Below are positions 27,125 to 39,600 of a stretch of DNA of 64,000 bases, piece after piece. This DNA is from Phoronis australis. Taxonomy: Eukaryota; Animalia; Phoronida. A model generated the notes under the pieces. That model was not told the origin of the DNA and searched no databases. It worked only from the letters and a program-made list of their open reading frames with translations. The position numbers were made by a program, and so were the translations under genes. The DNA is taken from NCBI GenBank assembly GCA_002633005.1, contig NMRA01000197.1, forward strand, positions 315,418 through 379,417, in the 5' to 3' direction. Every line of letters begins with the position of its first letter. Within the stretch, counting starts at the first letter, position 1.

Positions 27125-30100
27125 TTTCAGCTTACAACACACTAAACAATCCCTAAATCCAACGTAGTTGAGTTCTCTACTAACCTATCTTGCCGCAGAA
27201 TACTCGCCGATGGAAAGTGGTGGCGACAATTGTTGAAAAACAGCACAAAACAAAAGTAGAATAGAACATATTCGCACGGTAAAGTCAACGCAAAACCAGG
27301 TGGCGGGAACGCTTGCCTCCTAAAACGTCACTTCCGGAGTAGCGGACGAGTAATTAATAAAATTACGAAAAGCTGTAATTAAGTGGAAAATATGTCTAGG
27401 ATAACCAACCCACCTTATTTTAGCTCAAAATGACATGGAAAAAGGTTGCCTTCGCCTTTAACACAGAGTATCCGATTCCAATTTCTCCTGACTCGTAATT
27501 CGTCATGAAAATGACCTCACGTAATTTAGCACACGAAGGACGACACTCTCACGAGAGCGCACTAGAGTCCGCCGAATAACATAATCACGTTTACTTAAAA
27601 GGATGCCAAACCCTGCTTTGGTGATTTCAGCCAATCCCCGTTCTGCCATCTGCTAGTGCACCATTGGCGTCAAAAGCAGGTTTCGTCAAATAAAAAGTCA
27701 TATTTTCTTTGTCTCTGCAGGTAGGATATTATGGTTGGTGGGCCGTCTATACCCACAGCAGGTCTCGCTTGCCCGTTTAGCAGACCTTGCTCGGAATTTT
27801 CAAATTTTCCTCAAGACATTGGAGGGTTGTCGAGGGTTACAGAGCACATTTTGTTTCATAACTGGATGGGGAAGTCGTTTTAGTATCTGATAATAGGCCA
27901 AATCCGGGTTTGGTATCCCTTTAAAGCTGCATTCAGGGTCTAAAAGCGACAATCGAATTAAGCCTTACATTCTCATAAAATCAGTCTCGTAACTTCCTTA
28001 CTCCGACTGGATTCTGTTTCCGATACCAACTCAAGTCACATGCATGCGGCATTTTTGAACTCGAAATTTTAGGTTGCATAACGTACTCCAATAAACTCTG
28101 ATTAGAAACATTTTTTCATTATCTAATGATTCCGTCTTGCAAGTTCTTAACGGAAAAAGAATCCTATCATTGCGACCGATTTTTTGAGAGTAAAAGGCCT
28201 AATATTCGGTGATCCTTTCGAGCAAGCCGCAGGCGAAATGTTCATACGGCAACGACAGCGCCCTGTACCCTCGGTCACAGTGCTCAACGTTCATTGAACG
28301 ACACGCTGAATTCCTTGTCCACTTGGTTGCTTTAGACGTACTAGACGTTGATGTATGTATTTGGTACGGAAATGAGCCGAAACAGAGCGGTGATATCGTT
28401 TTGTTGTTGTGTTTGACGCCATGCAACCTTGCTTGTGTGGAATGCATAAATTTAGTCGCCCTCATCCGTATCGCAGTGCCACGTTGAATATGTTTCACTT
28501 TGTGCCAGACACGAACTTGAGCGGAATGCATAGGTTTTGCCTGTTCTTGTGGTTGCAGCGACCGCAAGCCAAGAAGGCATTTCTCAATTGTATTTAATTT
28601 CATTGTACATGTACCGTTTTTTCTGTTCAGTGTTACCTACATTGTTCTTCTTATTGTAAGTATCTATTTAATTTATTGTTACTCGGTGGTCGCTGAGCTA
28701 TATAGCGGCCTTTGCTGGCCACCCAGTTTTATATGATTTAAAAAAATTCTCTCTCTCAAAAAAAATAGGCAGGTGGCTTGGTTCCCCCTGTGATACACCA
28801 GGCGTGCTTAGGCCACACAGTTGAGCCCATTTCACAAATCACTTGATTAAGACTCAAGACGATCCCTCAGCATGGAGTTCCTCGTGACGAAAGTCTTTAA
28901 TCAACTCTTCCAGTTTTTCTCAGCTGAATACATCAACCGATGTTATTTTCCAATGCGGTACATCCCGGAACTAAGATTTAATCTGTTTTTTTTGTATTTG
29001 CATCAACCGCAAGCCACACAGTGCATTTCTCAACAGATTGAGGTGCATACTGATGCATTTCTCAACATCAAACAATCTGGATATTTGAATTATTTACCTA
29101 TCATTCAATTATCCGAATGTTACCTCGCACTGTTACCAATGAGAAACCACATGGTGGTCATCCGCCATAATGCTACCTTGTTTTGTAGCACTCAGGAATT
29201 AGAGTATCCATCACTCCGTGCCCGTGCCAGGGTTCCGTAGATGCGAGAACCTCACAAAATGCAAGATTACGCATGACTTCGCAAAACCAATGAGTCTTTG
29301 AAAGACAAGTATTTCGCGAGCGTGCTCGAGACCTTTTCGACGTACAAAGTAGCAATATGGCGGCGGCCACAGAAGTACATCGGATGGAATGTTGAATTCT
29401 GGGAAGGAATTCATGAATTATTGCATTGAGTTCACTCTTTCTGCTTCATAAACAAAAATTTCTTGCCGCAAGGTCATGGCTAATATTACGTTACACCAGC
29501 TTCAGAAATAGCTAACTGATCGATATTTACTGATATAATATGATCTTAAGGCTTAGTTTACTTTTATTTTTTTGACAGGAATTAGGCGTTGCTACAATTA
29601 GCACATAAAAAACATAAGGACTGAGTAATTATGGGAATTACAATAGTCAGTCCACACATAAATTCATTGATTCAACAGCTGTGCGGATGTAATAGAGTGA
29701 TTTGACATAGTGCAACACAAAAATACTCATAAAACGCAACGGAATAACTATGAAAACATCCCAATTAATTTTGCCTAGACTGTCGAATTTGAACATAAAA
29801 TAATGATTGAAATTGGAAATTAATTCCCTGAAGTAATAAACTACATAGTGCATGAGCGCTTTAAAAAATTGAAACCTTTCATTACTTTAATGATCAATCA
29901 CCGATATACGGCACTATAATGACCGAATGAGACACTTGTGAATTGTGGACATAAAAAAACCTGACTCTGCTCTGGCAAAGACGAAGGACAGCATAAACTT
30001 ACGTGAGTTGCATGTTTCTTTAGGCTAGTTTCAGTGGCAGATGCACGGAAGGTGGGGTTAAGGGGTTCGAAGCGATATAACCCAATTGGCGGTGCATCAG

Positions 30101-31454
30101 TGCTGCGCCGCCCATAACCGGCGACAACGAAGCATGAATACAGCGAGCAATATTGAACAGAATTACGGTACACGAATTTTTCTCAGACAGTACTTTAACA
30201 TAACAGTTGTTCAGTGATTCGAGTTCCTTACGTAAATCTTTTTCTTGTACTCTTGTACTCTTGTCTCCACAAACATCTACGAGGTCACTGAATGAATCTC
30301 AACAAACTGGGCTAGTGTTGAACCCACGTGTCTTATAGGCACATCGTGACCGCCTTACTCGTGGGCTCACGATGTCCGGCAAGTAATTCTGGATTTCAAG
30401 CATGATGTCCAACAACGCATCAAGCTAGTTATAGTTATCCTCAAAAGTGCAACAGGCTAGCAGTTACAATTATCAGGTTTGGTGACCGCCGGGTTTTCAA
30501 AGCTGATTTCCCATTGGAAAAACGCGTTTTGCACTATGATGCCGCCGACTGGGATAGATCGTTCGAAAATTTGTGAGACTCTGCGAAGGACTGATTTGAA
30601 ATCGTTTAATTAGTCAAAGGCTGGAAACTTTTAAAAGCAGTTTCAGGTTTACATACAAGAAGGAATGCAAACCCACATCTGACACAGCGCCACCTAGCAC
30701 TGTGACAGAGTGCAAAACCAGTCCGTTGTCTACCAAAGCCCGGCATGGAAACGTTCAACACATCTCGCATCACAGTCCATTGCTTGGTTTCGTTCACAAA
30801 TGCTTAGTCTAGAGAGGTTGCTCCTCCAATTTTATTCGACTCCTCACCTCTTTTTCTTACATTCAGGACATTAGCCCTTTACTTTTTTCACGCCGGTTCT
30901 AATGCATCACACATTGCCCGCGTCAGGCATTTTCGCACGCTTAGCAAAGAAGCAGGTGATGAGGTCAAAGCCTCGATTTTAGTCAGCTTTGACTACCAGT
31001 CTTGTTAGGAATCACAAATATTCAATAAAATTTGCTGTTTCATATCTCTGGTCAAAGCTGAACTTTCAAAGCACAGACCTACCTAAACCAACCAGCTATC
31101 ATGAAAATACGTTTTTCTTGGCCGTGAATCCGATTGCAAGTTTTTACCTCCCACAATAAAATACCCTGTGACAAAACCAGACTTTCTCCGATTTGTAACA
31201 AGAACAAGTGCAAATCCCATCGATGAAATCGTAAATTTGCCAGTGAAAAGTTAAATTGGAAGGCAGAGGTGACGTCATGTCAAAGCCTTTAGTATGTGAT
31301 AAATGGGATTGACTACGCGAGGATATTGTTGACCGTTAAAAGTGACTCTTGTAATATTTACTCTGTGAAGATCATTCTTTACGTTTGTTAGAAGATATTT
31401 TTACGGTTGTAAGACATTTCATAGGTTTGCATTCTTGCATTGTTTTATTTTCAG

Positions 31455-32715
31455 ACAACCCGACAGAAACCTGACGTTATCTGGCTTCGTATTGTTGGGT
31501 GTTGGGTTGGTCGTGATGGTGTCAACCGTATCCTATAAGATTTGCTCAAAGCGCAGGAACTATTTAAAGGAGCCAGAGGTCAGTGACCAAGGAATAACCT
31601 TTTGTTATAATTGAATCCGTTACCATAGTGATGAAGAAAGACATTTCAAAGGAGAAATTCTATGAAAGAAACCACCGAATGGAATAACTATTGAAATTTG
31701 TAATCAAATAATTACGATCTGAATTTCGATTTTGTGAAATCAGTTAAATGTCTGGATAATTTAATTGAGTGTCTACAGTCTTGGAAAAACTTTGTATAGA
31801 AGCAGTTGCATTCAGATGGATTTCATTTAACGTTTTCATTGTATTGCTTGTATGACCAGACTATCACATAACGGCTTGTTCCCAGGAGAAAGAAATGAAT
31901 GCTCTAATTACAAGCTTGAATAAATGTCAGATTAATGTGGCAGCATACTTGAAATTTTTTAGGAAATATTAAGATTTGATAGAAAAGATAGGACATTTTA
32001 GGATTGTTTTGGGTGTCAAATTTAGAAAGAGTACGGGATCATCTATCATAGGGCATTCAAAAAACCGCGTGTCACTTGAAAATGTTAGAAACATGAAAGA
32101 TGAACCTCATGAACCTCTCAACACAAATAGGACTAGACAGACAACGCCATCTATAAATGGCCACTCTTCCCGTGGTATAGTCCAGTTACATCATACCCTG
32201 ACAACCAAGTAGAATATGTCAGGCAGCTTGTGCTTGTGCAGGGTGGTCTGAGAGTGAGTGAGATAATTGCGCTTTTATCATTCATCGGCTGGGTTTTGCA
32301 AACACGGAAACTTACTAAGTTATGAAAGTCTGGTAGTATGTCTTTAAGAGATCTCGCTGTGGTAATATTTTTGTTCTCAGCGAGACCAAATGTAGTCTCT
32401 TTTAAAAATCTAATGATGTTTTAGTACTTGAGTTTCCTCTGAATTCCATTGTAGGCTCATGTTCAAGTCGAGGCAGGATTACCCCTTAGGACGCTTGAAA
32501 CCACCAATACGGAATTACCGGAAATTCCTGTGTGGCTCAACATAGCGTCGCCTTTAGAACAGCACTTTCTGCGGCCCCATGGTCAGAGACACGCAATGGC
32601 CATGGAGCGACATCGACACTTTTTTGGCCCGTCTAAGCTAGACAAAACTGTCAATGGACAACTAGTAACGCATTCCGCGGTATTTGGTCAAGTGCCGAAA
32701 CCAAGAATGTACTAA
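31455..32715 (+). CDS. Tentative last two exons (31455-31578, 32455-32715) of a small membrane protein gene
   Basis: Good acceptors, gtcagt donor, in-frame join: QPDRNLTLSGFVLLGVGLVVMVSTVSYKICSKRRNYLKEPE/AHVQVEAG...PKPRMY*; TM helix followed by KRR; possible upstream exon 27721-27761. Confidence 0.4.
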
Positions 32716-34339
32716 CAACACAGAGGAGGGTGCTTTATTATCAGAGAAATCGCAATGTGACGATTACTCTATATTTTTGCATGCTATATGATAATAGGCC
32801 TACCGGAAGTCAGAGGTGGTTGCTAACGAGGCTGTTGCTGATATTGGACAACTGAATAACTGATGAGTAATGACGTAAGCCTACTCATTTGTATTCAGCT
32901 ATATATGTATGTGTTGATGTACGCGTGCAAGAGAAATTACCCTTGCGTGATCGCATACCGCGTGCAATGGATAGTTCCCAAATCAAGTTATTAATTCTAG
33001 CCAGCCAGGACGCAGGAAAATGTAAAACACTATGCTCGTCCTCCATCTTGGCCCACAAACATTCATTGCTAACGAAATCAGAAAGATATTTGATGAGCTT
33101 GTGACAATTAGTGGAAACCAACAATTTACGGAGAACAAAGGCAAGAAAAGATATTGGGTACATGATAGCTCTTGGTTGACCTCACGACGATCAGATGAAT
33201 ATGCTCCAGGGAGTATACACATAGTCAGAAAGAACAATTAGCCCAAATCGGAAATAAATTTACCTTCTTAATGTGCCGCAAATATTTTCTTTTCTTCACT
33301 TGTATCTGAATTGGGCTTACAATCAAGTATGTGAGACACATGGTGGCGTGTGTGGCTTACGGGAACGTGACCACCAAATGACGCCAAACAAAAACTTTTA
33401 CTGACGTTGTGTGTGCTCACGTGACGTACCTGAAGACAGTTTCTCCTCATCGTCCTCATGCAGCTGTGCTATGGAATATTGCTCACCAGCTTTCACAGTC
33501 TTGTCATCGACTAACTTAAAGTGCTGTAAAAACGATTGTACTGAATGACAGTGCCTATACTGAGCTTATGTGCAGTGGCCGGGAGTAAGCAGACTTGAAC
33601 TCAATGGAGATCGACTTGGTTTGATTGGGCTACAAATTCATAAATGGCCTGAAAGACTTAGGATCGTGGACACCAATGTGTGTAACAATCAATTGTCTCC
33701 CAGGGCCCTTTGGGATTGTGAGGTTGCACGGCCGTAACAGTTTCTGCAAAATATCACCGGCAACATAAAAACCTTACATAGACCCAAGAATCTCAAGAAG
33801 AAAACTAGTGCGATCACGTGCTTAGCTTTTAACGCATGGCAAATGTCTAGCGAAATCTTGGGTGATCTTAGGTTTTCGGGAAGTTCGCGCGTGAAAATGA
33901 ACTAGCGTGATCACGATCTTCTTCTCGAATGCATGGCGGCATTTCGCGAATGACTTGCGTTTGTGGGAGTTTTTGGGTTGTCCTAGTGCGTATAAAGGTG
34001 ACCTCCGCCATATTTGCTTTGTAGGCTAGTTGTGGGAGTTTGCAACGGTAACTACAATGGGCGTAGCCTAACTGCGTTTGCTGGAACTATCTATTAAGCG
34101 ATCATGTATGACAAAAGCATAATATTTTCTACACTTTTGAAACCTGTACCACATGTCCACTCAAACTGGTCAGACGCATGCTTAAATCACACAACTTTTC
34201 AGGCAAATGACTATATTTTTTAATTACAAATTTACATATTCCTGGGCTAAAGTGATGACGTTGTTATAACACAGCCCACATCATCCCCCGTCATGTTGAA
34301 TTCGTGTCTTCTATGCTTTTATACCTTTGGTTGTATCAG

Positions 34340-34650
34340 TGAGCTATACGGGGTGTAGCTCATTAGTTGTACCCTACTTACACATTCCTTATACCAGGTA
34401 CAGTTCACTGGTTGTACCCTACCTACGAAGTCGCCATACCTGGTATAGCTCATCATTCGTTGTACCCTACCGACAGATTCGCAATACCAGCAACAGCTCA
34501 TTCGTTGTACCCTTCCTACAGATTGGCTATACCAGGTAAAGCTTATTGGTTGTACCCTTCCTCGAATTTGCTAAACCAGGAATAGCTCATTGGTTGTACC
34601 CTTCCCAAAGATTCACTATACCAGGTACAGCTCATTGGTTGTACCCTACC
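34340..34650. repeat. About 43-bp degenerate tandem repeat (ATACCAGGTACAGCTCATTGGTTGTACCCTACC...)
   Basis: About 7 visible units. Confidence 0.85.
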
Positions 34651-35697
34651 TATATCCTGATCAGCATTTCTTTACTCACCCAACTTACTCTAACAAGTCC
34701 TTTGATTAAAATACAACTATTTTTATCAGTGTATTGGGATGCACTCTCAGGTAACATAACAAAGCACTAACAATGTTGAGGTAGCTAGAAATATTGATCC
34801 CGCTTTTCCATGTTCCTACTTGAAGTGTGAAAAATTTTATTATGATGCATGTCAAAAATCAATGAAAAACATTTTTGAGTCATTAATATTTATTTTTTTT
34901 AGTTGTCTGAAAATTTCAGTTTTCAAAAAAATGTTGTTACTTATCTGTGGAACTTGCTATGGTCCAGTTCTTGAAATCATCAATAAACAATAACAAAATT
35001 AAAGTAACCATAATGTACTTTTTTGCATTTTGTTTTTGAAATTTGGCAGACAGGAAATATTCAGTCAGTTAAAGTTATAAATGATCACACCGTAGGTCAG
35101 TACATGTCATGAATTTTTACACCAGGTAAGCACATTGTTTCGCAATGAGACTCATGCTTTAATTGACCTGATTAGTACAAAATGAAACAAAAAAGAAAAA
35201 GAAGAAGGAAAAAGAAGACAAGATATAAAAATTGTGTCCAAATAACTGATAGTCCCCAGTTGAAAGAGGCATGGAACGCCAAAGCTCGTCAAAAATACCT
35301 TTTAAACAATTCCTGACGAAAGTAACATATCGCAACCTCTAGTACAGAGTTATTCACTTTCCCCTGTGAAGAAATTTCCAGAAAAAAATCGCATAATTCA
35401 CGAGTCACCGAGTAAGGAATATGTGGAGACCAATTATATACTATATATCAGTTGATAGTGAAATCAGCCATGACTCTGTGTTGCATCAAACACACACGCA
35501 CGCACATGTACATGGTGTAAATCAAAAGTGTGCTTGTTTGATGAAACACCGATTTTACTATCAACTGATGATGAGCAATATTGAATCTTAACAACTGATG
35601 TGCTAATCAATAGTTCTGATTTCAATTTACAAATGGACAGAGTTTGATAGACACAAGAACCTCACTAACTAGTGTGATTACATGCTTTATTTGCAAT

Positions 35698-36109
35698 ACG
35701 TGGCGATGGTGAGTTCTATATCTATGGAAAGCACACGTGGCGATGGTGAGTTCTATATCTATGGAAAGCACACATGGCGATGGTGAGTTCTATACCTATG
35801 GAAAGCACACGTGGCGATGGTGAGTTCTATACCTATGGAAAGCACACGTGGCGATGGTGAGTTCTATATCTATGGAAAGCACACGTGGCGATGGTGAGTT
35901 CTATATCTATGGAAAGCACACGTGGCGATCGTGAGTTCTATATCTATGGAAAGCATATGTGGCGATGGTGAGTTCTATATCTATGGAAAGCATACCTGGC
36001 GATGGTGAGTTCTATATCTATGGAAAGCATACGTGGCGATGGTGAATTCTATATCTATGGAAAGCATACGTGGCGATGGTGAGTTCTATATCTATGGAAA
36101 GCACACCTG
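35698..36109. repeat. 37-bp minisatellite, about 11 near-identical copies
   Basis: ACGTGGCGATGGTGAGTTCTATATCTATGGAAAGCAC head to tail, no spacers. Confidence 0.95.
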
Positions 36110-36490
36110 GATAGTGTACCACACAACTATATAGAATTAACAAAATGTATGTTTTACTTAGTTCAACTACACTCATTAGGGCCATAGATCAGAGACTGAT
36201 TCCCAACTCCGATATTTTCATATGGAATTCCCAGAAGCGCAACTTCTTGGTTAGCGAGCAGACTGACTTGCCGTTACCCAAACTGTGACTCACACCAGAT
36301 GTCGCTAATGAATAGTGACTTTTTGGCCAATAGTGTTGGTCACGCCTTGAGCGTTCAATCACAGATTTTTTTCCATTAAGAATATACAAAGTTGACGGTC
36401 CACCTACTAAAGTATGTGACAGGACAAACCCTGAGGTGACAATATTTTTACTGAAAACACTGAAACAGTGAGACCAAACAGGGATACAAT

Positions 36491-36658
36491 CTACAACTTG
36501 TGAGACTTTGTAAGCTGAATTTGAACGGTTGTAAGTACATGTGCCACGCCCAATAGGACAAATATAAATATAATCATGGACATAACTATCACATAATGAC
36601 TGATACTAGTACCAATCTCCAGCCAACTTCCGTAGTCTTGAACCATGAAAAAGAAGTG
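36491..36658 (-). CDS. PIGN: PIGN last coding exon ([28 protein letters not shown]...TKSHKL*)
   Basis: long polypyrimidine tract plus cag acceptor, TAG stop at 36491-36493. Confidence 0.96.
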   Translation of the reverse strand, partial: HFFFMVQDYGSWLEIGTSISHYVIVMSMIIFIFVLLGVAHVLTTVQIQLTKSHKL

Positions 36659-39600
36659 CTGAAACAAAAAAAAAAACAAGAAAAAACATAATTTATGAAA
36701 AGATAAAAACAGCAATTAGAACATTAGTGTGTATTCTGCAATTTCATTGCATGGACCCGAAGAACATTAAATTAATATTGACTCAACGTGTGCTACATCT
36801 GCAGATCAAAAATAGGCAATTTCAAGGTAGGATAAAATAAAAACGAAGAAGTCTATTAAGCCAAAATAACAACTATGAGCTCCATTCCAACCTAAATATA
36901 ACCATAGAAAACAAGAAGTGTTAACTCGTCTTATTTCATGACTCAAACGGGATGTCCCAAGGTAATAGTCATATCACATAACAGTGTTCAATATTACCTT
37001 TTAGCTAATACTCAGATCTGTAAGGGCTTTTCATCACTTGGTGAAATAGATAGAATCCAAAAGAACGGGAGGAAAAGTTTTATTCCATGTGATAGTACTT
37101 ACAAAATCAAATTCTCTTGACATGTTTAGGAAACTGCAAACGGTCTTACCAGTTATATTTCGCTTCTTTTTACTTTCCTCTAACAACAATGAATTAAATC
37201 GTCTGCCATCCTATGAGCTCAGTTTTTGACTAAATGATGTCACATAGTGACCGGAATGCCAGCCAATGAGCTCAGTGAATGCTTTAGTCCATGAGTTCAC
37301 TGGTAGGTTAAAAAATGCAAATGGCGGAGTGACAAGCGAATAGTAAAAAGTCCAATCTTCGAGAAAAACAAATTCTTTCGAAGGGCTTGATTTCCCTGCA
37401 GTTACATTCGCTGTATTATTTCTTACTATGATAAATGCGTTCATGCAATCACAATTTCGACGCGTGCGGGTTAATGTTTGATGCGGAATTCGAGTGCAAT
37501 GTGTCTGGCACTTGATTCTACACTTTCACTGCACCGACTTCCAGCCCTGTTTCTATTACAAGGGTTGGTTAGTTACCGATTATATCTCTTTAAGGACCAT
37601 ATTCATATTTTGATAGTTGGTAAATAAGAGTATCACCCTTGAACTAATAAGCATCACTGTTTTTGTTGAGGAACATGCGGATTGTAAACACTTTTGATTA
37701 AAAACCGGACGATCGCTGCACAAATAAAAAAGTTCATGTTCAATCAACGTTTCGTCTATTCATTAGACATCATCAGGATAATTATTTACAAAGGACAGCA
37801 AGTGCTAACATACAGCTCAGGTAACATCCATAAAGTGAAGTGAGAGATACAGGGAATATAGTCAGTAGTTGGCCATCACCATAGTTGTAGCGTCACTGAG
37901 CTCTGCATGTTATTCAGAGAATCAGTACCATGCTAGTTCAGCATGCTACTGTATGTTGGCACTTGCTGTCCTTTGTAAATATTATCCTGATGATGTATAA
38001 TGAACAGATGAAACGTTGATTGAACATGAACTTTTTATTTGTGCGGCGATAGTCCAGTTTTTAATCTTACTGTGGCCAAAAACTTTTTTAAAAAACATTT
38101 TTGAAAATTGAGATAACCAGAACAACCCTGCATCTCATTTACAATATGTGCTACTGCCAACACAACTGTATTCACTAACAAAATTTATTCAACAGACAAC
38201 TAAAAAAGCTAAATAATCACGCTCCATGCTTCCAGTAATTTTCCAAATGTTTTGCATGAAGTGATTGGTCAATTGTCCAGGACAGTCTCGATTAAAATTT
38301 GATGGTCACCGTCTCAAGGCCGTGAGCAGTAAACTTTATTCAAAGCTTGATTTGAAACTAGATCAATCACATGACACTCTATGAGTAAACTATCGAACTT
38401 CACGCATAATTATTTAGAACTCGTCTGTTAAACAATGAAGCCTCCAGTAAAGTTTGTTGCTCGCAGCCCTATACATAGATCTTGGTCAGTCAAAATACTA
38501 TAATCAGGGCTTGGAATGACCAATGACAAAAAACGCGGAAACTTTGAAACTTTTACGGCCCAAATCATGCCCGATAAACAGTCTTGAAATGGTCAATGTG
38601 AACCTTTCCCCGACAAAAGTCGGGAGGACTAAAAAAAAAACGTTACCACCATCAGTAGCATGCGTCTGCGTCCTTTTAGCTCGCCCGTCCACTCCGAACC
38701 CACACATTTTTGGCTGCAGAGCAGTAGTATTTGCCGCCGCGCTTAACAATAACACGAGACGGCATTGAAAATCACACCACGCTGTCCCAGATGCCCCGGC
38801 AATGTTGACAATTTACGTTCCTCCGAAACATAAAGAGCAACTTCCGCTTTTCGAGGTGAACGTCGTCTGCAACGCCGCGGTAAGAAAGGAATTTGCCGCG
38901 GAAATTTTATATCAAATCCGATCTTTTTACGCGGAAATATTATAAAGAAAGCACATTTGAAAAAAGCGGAAATCCGCGTTTCCGCGGAAAATTCCAAGCC
39001 CTGTATAATGCAGATGATCCAAGACAAGCACTACTTACCAGTCCCATGAAATCAGACATGAGTAATACAATGAGAAACAGACTTTTGGTGGGTACTCTCA
39101 CTGTGACGTGTATAGCAGTAAAGACACAGGTGACTAAGATGAAAGGTATTAAGACCTGCAATAGACAGACAGTTGTCACAAAGGACCTAACTTAAAGCTG
39201 CTGAATCCTTGTTATTTACCATCTTTGATTGATTCTAAATTGTATTGAATTGATACCAGACAAGATTTTACAAAATTGTCCACTGCCATGTTGATGTCAT
39301 TGCCCACCACCATGTTGTCATTTGATTGACAATATGTTGATATCATTTGATTGACAATATGTTGAGATCATTTGATTGACAGTGTTTCACACTGTTCTGG
39401 TGACACCTTTCAATTTTTACGTCATTATTATTACAGACCATAAGGACAAGTGCCTTAGATTTGTTGTACCTGGATCAAAGATCATGAGTGCTTTCCATGA
39501 ATAACACACAAGCAAATTCGTTTTAATTTGAATTTAAATGGTCTTATTTGCAAAAGTCTAATTCAGCAACTATATAAACTAAAACCAACCGGTATGAACT

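Larger units (their letters stand above)
25774..27457 (+). mobile_element. Kolobok DNA transposon, internally deleted non-autonomous copy 1 (1684 bp)
   Basis: TTAA at 25770-25773 and 27458-27461; AGGCGAAGGCAACC...GGTTGCCTTCGCCT termini; about 150-157-bp TIRs; convergent THAP-transposase and KolX stubs. Confidence 0.9.

Noticed and set aside
28199-29414. Cluster of 60-134 aa ORFs on both strands
   Set aside because: No recognisable motif or consistent splice structure; possibly a decayed element
32885-33524. Minus-strand exon-like segments (HFKLVDDKTVKAGEQYSIAQLHEDDEEKLSS and nearby ORFs)
   Set aside because: Splicing to the next candidate segment hits a stop and no domain was recognised; support too weak
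35698-36109. 37-bp repeat array resembling a CRISPR repeat in length
   Set aside because: Units are contiguous with no unique spacers, there are no cas genes and the context is eukaryotic
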